Shown: piece by piece, positions 60,864 to 64,000 of the stretch
How positions within the stretch are numbered: position 1 is the first letter of the stretch
Layout: every line of letters starts with the position of its first letter
Assembly: GCA_040954595.2 (NCBI GenBank)
Contig: CM082596.2
Span: forward strand, 9,444,461-9,508,460
Source of the DNA: Balanoglossus misakiensis
Taxonomy: Eukaryota; Animalia; Hemichordata
DNA length: 64,000 nt
Reading direction: 5' to 3'
Program-made: the position numbers and the translations under genes
Notes under the pieces: generated by a model
The model's input: only the letters and a program-made list of their open reading frames with translations
Databases searched by the model: none
Told to the model about the DNA's origin: nothing

Positions 60864-63800
60864 ATGGATTGTATTTTTAACATCTGCCCTCTCCTCCTGG
60901 TTGTCACCATGGTTGTTATAAGTTCTGTTAACGCTAATGGCCTTTCTGATTTACACACATTCGATCATGTTCTGCAATTTTGTAAAAATAGCCACCATGA
61001 CGTCATCTGTTTTCAGGAGACCTTCTGGGACAATCAGATCGCTGTCCACATTCATAACAAAATTGCTCCAGATTTTCATTTCTTTCATAATAATTGTACA
61101 GATCCTGTAAGGAGGAGAGGGGTAGCAATACTTGTGAGAAAACGGTCAGAGGTTAAAATTCTTGGTCATCGATGGGACTCTGCTGGAAGAATTATTTCCA
61201 TACAAATTCAGGTTTCTCATCACAATATTAATATTATCAACATTTACTCTCCTAATCAATCTCATCTCCGTACGCAGTTTTGGAAGGATCTTTCCCATTT
61301 TTTTCTCAATGATTACGTGCATGTTGTTATAGGTGATTTCAATACTAAAATTAATCCTTACATTGATCAATCCAATAGTGTTTTAAACCATGTTGATCCT
61401 TCTCGTAATCATTTGCTGAATTTCATTACACAGTTTTCCCTGGTAGACATCTGGCGCAAACAACATCCTCACGCCAGAGAAAGTACTTGGCAACGGTATC
61501 TCCATGGCAATCTCCAGCAGAGTGGCATTGATTATGCTCTCATACATGAAAGCATTGTCCACATGTGCCAAAGTTCTCATATTATGCATTTTCCCTATAG
61601 CGACCATGAACTTATCCAGTTCAAATTCAATTTCCATAACTCACCTCGGGGTCCGGGAGTCTGAGCTTTAAATAAAAATCTCTTGAGGGATAAAGTTTAT
61701 GTCAATAATATATTGGATATCATTAAAAAGCCTAAATTTGACCTCAATTATACAAGTAATAAAATTCAGTGATGGGGGTGTTTAAAACATAATATTCGTA
61801 GATTTTCCCAGAAGTATGCAAAACAGCAGGCAAAATTGAGGCTCCACTTGAAGAAAACCTTAGAGAAAAAAACTAAAATGGGAACTTAACAAAGCTAACC
61901 GTTTCACCGACTATGATCTTACTAATGCTCATATCATTCAGGAAGACCTTGACAACACTATTTCCTTAGAAACCAAAGGGGCCTTAATCCGTTCTAAGAT
62001 CCAGTTGTATGAGGAGGGTGAGATATCCACTCGGTTTTTCTTTAACCTAGAAAAGTCTAAGCAGGAAAGAAAATGCATCAAATCTTTAATTACTGACAAC
62101 AATGAAATTCTCACTGACATTACTGATATAATCTCAGAAGCTCATACATTTTACTCAAAGCTTTATAACAATGAGCCTTGTGATCTTGCACTTCAAAATA
62201 CTTTCCTTGGTTACATCACAAATACTGTTTCTGATGAGGAGTGCGCTGTCGCCGATTCAGAGTTTTCGGTAGAAGAGGTGACCTTTGCCCTCTCTAAGTG
62301 TATTCATAACAAAAGCCCAGGCGCTGATGGTTTACCGTACGAATTTTATCTTCACTTCTGGGAAGATATCAAAGATGATTTGCTTGACATTTTCAACTGT
62401 ATTTTCTCCAATAACATTTTTTCTTGATGAGTGGAAAACTGGTCTTATTACCTTAATCCCTAAAGCAGACAGTGACCCCCGTTACATTAAAAATTGGCGC
62501 CCTATAACCCTCCTCAACTGTGATTACAAAATTCTAGCTAAAACACTTGCCATTAGGCTCAATAGAATTATGCCCTCCATGGTCAGCCCGGATCAAACTT
62601 GCTGTGTCCCAGGTCTTGACATTGTGGACAATGTTTTCTGTATGAGAGATCTCATCCATCATGTTGAATCCAGTAACTGTCCAGGTGCCATTCTGAAATT
62701 TGATCAGATGAAATCCTTTGATCGTGCTGATCACAAGTATCTGCTTAACACACTGAGGGCGTTCAGGTTCGGTGATAATTTTGTTCAATGGATTTCCATA
62801 CTGTACAACCAGGTTATAAGTAATGTAAAAATTAACGGGTTTTTGTCTGACTCGGTGTTAATTAAATGAAGTGTCAGACAAGGGTGCCCGCTGTCAGCAA
62901 TGTTGTACATGCTGTCGGCTGAGCCTCTAAATGCCGCTATTCAGCGTAACCACAACATACTTGGTATCCAAATTCCAGGCAGTACTGTATCTTCCTTAGT
63001 TTATCAACATGCTACCACACTTACCGTTAGTGATGACCATTCTATCCGCGAAGCGTATCAGGTATTTTGTGATTATGGTAAAGCTTCTGGGTCAAAGGTT
63101 AATTTGAACAAAAGTGCACTGATGTGGATTGGAAACAATAGAGGGCGTACTGACTGCCCCTTACCTGTCAGACTTCAACCGGATGGCATGGTCATTCTTG
63201 GTGTCATGTTGAGTCATGAAAAATCAGTTGCTGATGATTTGGTCTGATGGGCTCAGCGCATTCCAAAAATCTGTAGAATTCTGAAATCTTGGTCATTTCG
63301 TAAATTGTCCTACAAAGGGAAAACCCTCATTATCAACTCCCTTGTTACGTCTACTCTGTGGTACCGGGCATCTGTTGTTTCGTTGCCTCAGCAACACATA
63401 CAAATTTTGAATGAGCACATCTGTAATTTCTTCTGGAGCAAAGGTCATCACAGGGTGAAATATGATGTCATCACTTCCGACATTCAAGATGGGGGACTTA
63501 AAGTCACAAATATTCAAGACAAAGTTCATGCACTTCGTCTCAAGTGGTTGTGTAAATTGCTGGATAAAGATTATGTTCACAAATTCAAGCTGTTTTTCAC
63601 CTACAACTTAAATAAATATTTCGATCTCAATTGTGGTGTTGACACTTTTAAAATGTTACTTTATCCTACCAACTTACGTCAGTGTTCTACATTCTACAGG
63701 GAATTGTTTCAGTCTTGGTCGCATCTTTTCAAGTATTTTCGTGCACAACCAGTTTCCTACGATGAAATTATCAATGAACCCATTTTTCATAACCCATTCA

Positions 63801-64000
63801 TTACAAGTGTTGAAGGGGGCCCCCTGGCGATTATAAAGCTTTTCAGTTCAGCTGGCACTGTCAAAATCAGGGATTTGTTATACAATGGTCATTCCTGGGT
63901 TCCTACCTGTTGATGCAATTGGTGACGTGGTTTCATTGGCCCATCCTGACACTCCCACAAGCAATACTGTTGAGAAGCTGTACCATATTATCCTCAATTC
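60864..64000 (+). pseudogene. LINE ORF2 (AP endonuclease + reverse transcriptase), disrupted
   Basis: SVNANGL, CFQETFW, NIYSPN, GDFN, IDY, SDH; KSPGADGLP.EFY, NWRPITLLN.DYKILAK, RQGCPLS; the catalytic ADD is deleted (YQHATTL). Confidence 0.92.

Larger units (their letters stand above)
58480..64000 (+). mobile_element. Near full-length decayed Tx1/L1-group LINE, copy 2 (runs off the right edge)
   Basis: ~200-bp 5' UTR, ORF1 from 58682, ORF2 from ~60864 with EN and RT; many stops and frameshifts. Confidence 0.93.

Overview
Animal (eukaryotic, AT-rich, intron-containing) repeat-dense DNA, not prokaryotic; no CRISPR or rRNA. From left to right: (1) two arrays of a 90/91-bp satellite (1-1884, 7257-13057) separated by a near-identical 5.4-kb copy of a Helentron 3' end; (2) a ~17.2-kb internally deleted Helentron/Helitron2 on the minus strand (13058-~30254) with an OTU-repeat-Zn-finger / PIF1 C-half / AP-endonuclease polyprotein remnant and a separate six-exon OB-fold (RPA-like) gene; (3) blocks of a ~510-540-bp satellite whose unit contains a tRNA-like A-box/B-box/oligo-T cassette, interrupted by two Tx1-like LINEs, a very young inverted+tandem Penelope element (intact 916-aa RT/GIY-YIG ORF, hammerhead motifs, 10-bp TSD) and a Crypton-like hairpin element; (4) between inverted blocks of that satellite, a 13.8-kb segment with a truncated one-repeat-per-exon ankyrin gene, the 3' part of a membrane-protein gene, several MITEs and a decayed Ngaro/DIRS element. 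The most unusual observations are one ~1-kb MITE body present with two concertedly different TIR tips and two different TSD types, the Pol III-like satellite whose ~75-nt core collects many junctions, the Helentron-borne spliced OB-fold gene with its own candidate promoter, and ankyrin exons varying mainly at surface positions. All calls are by eye; no database searches were run.
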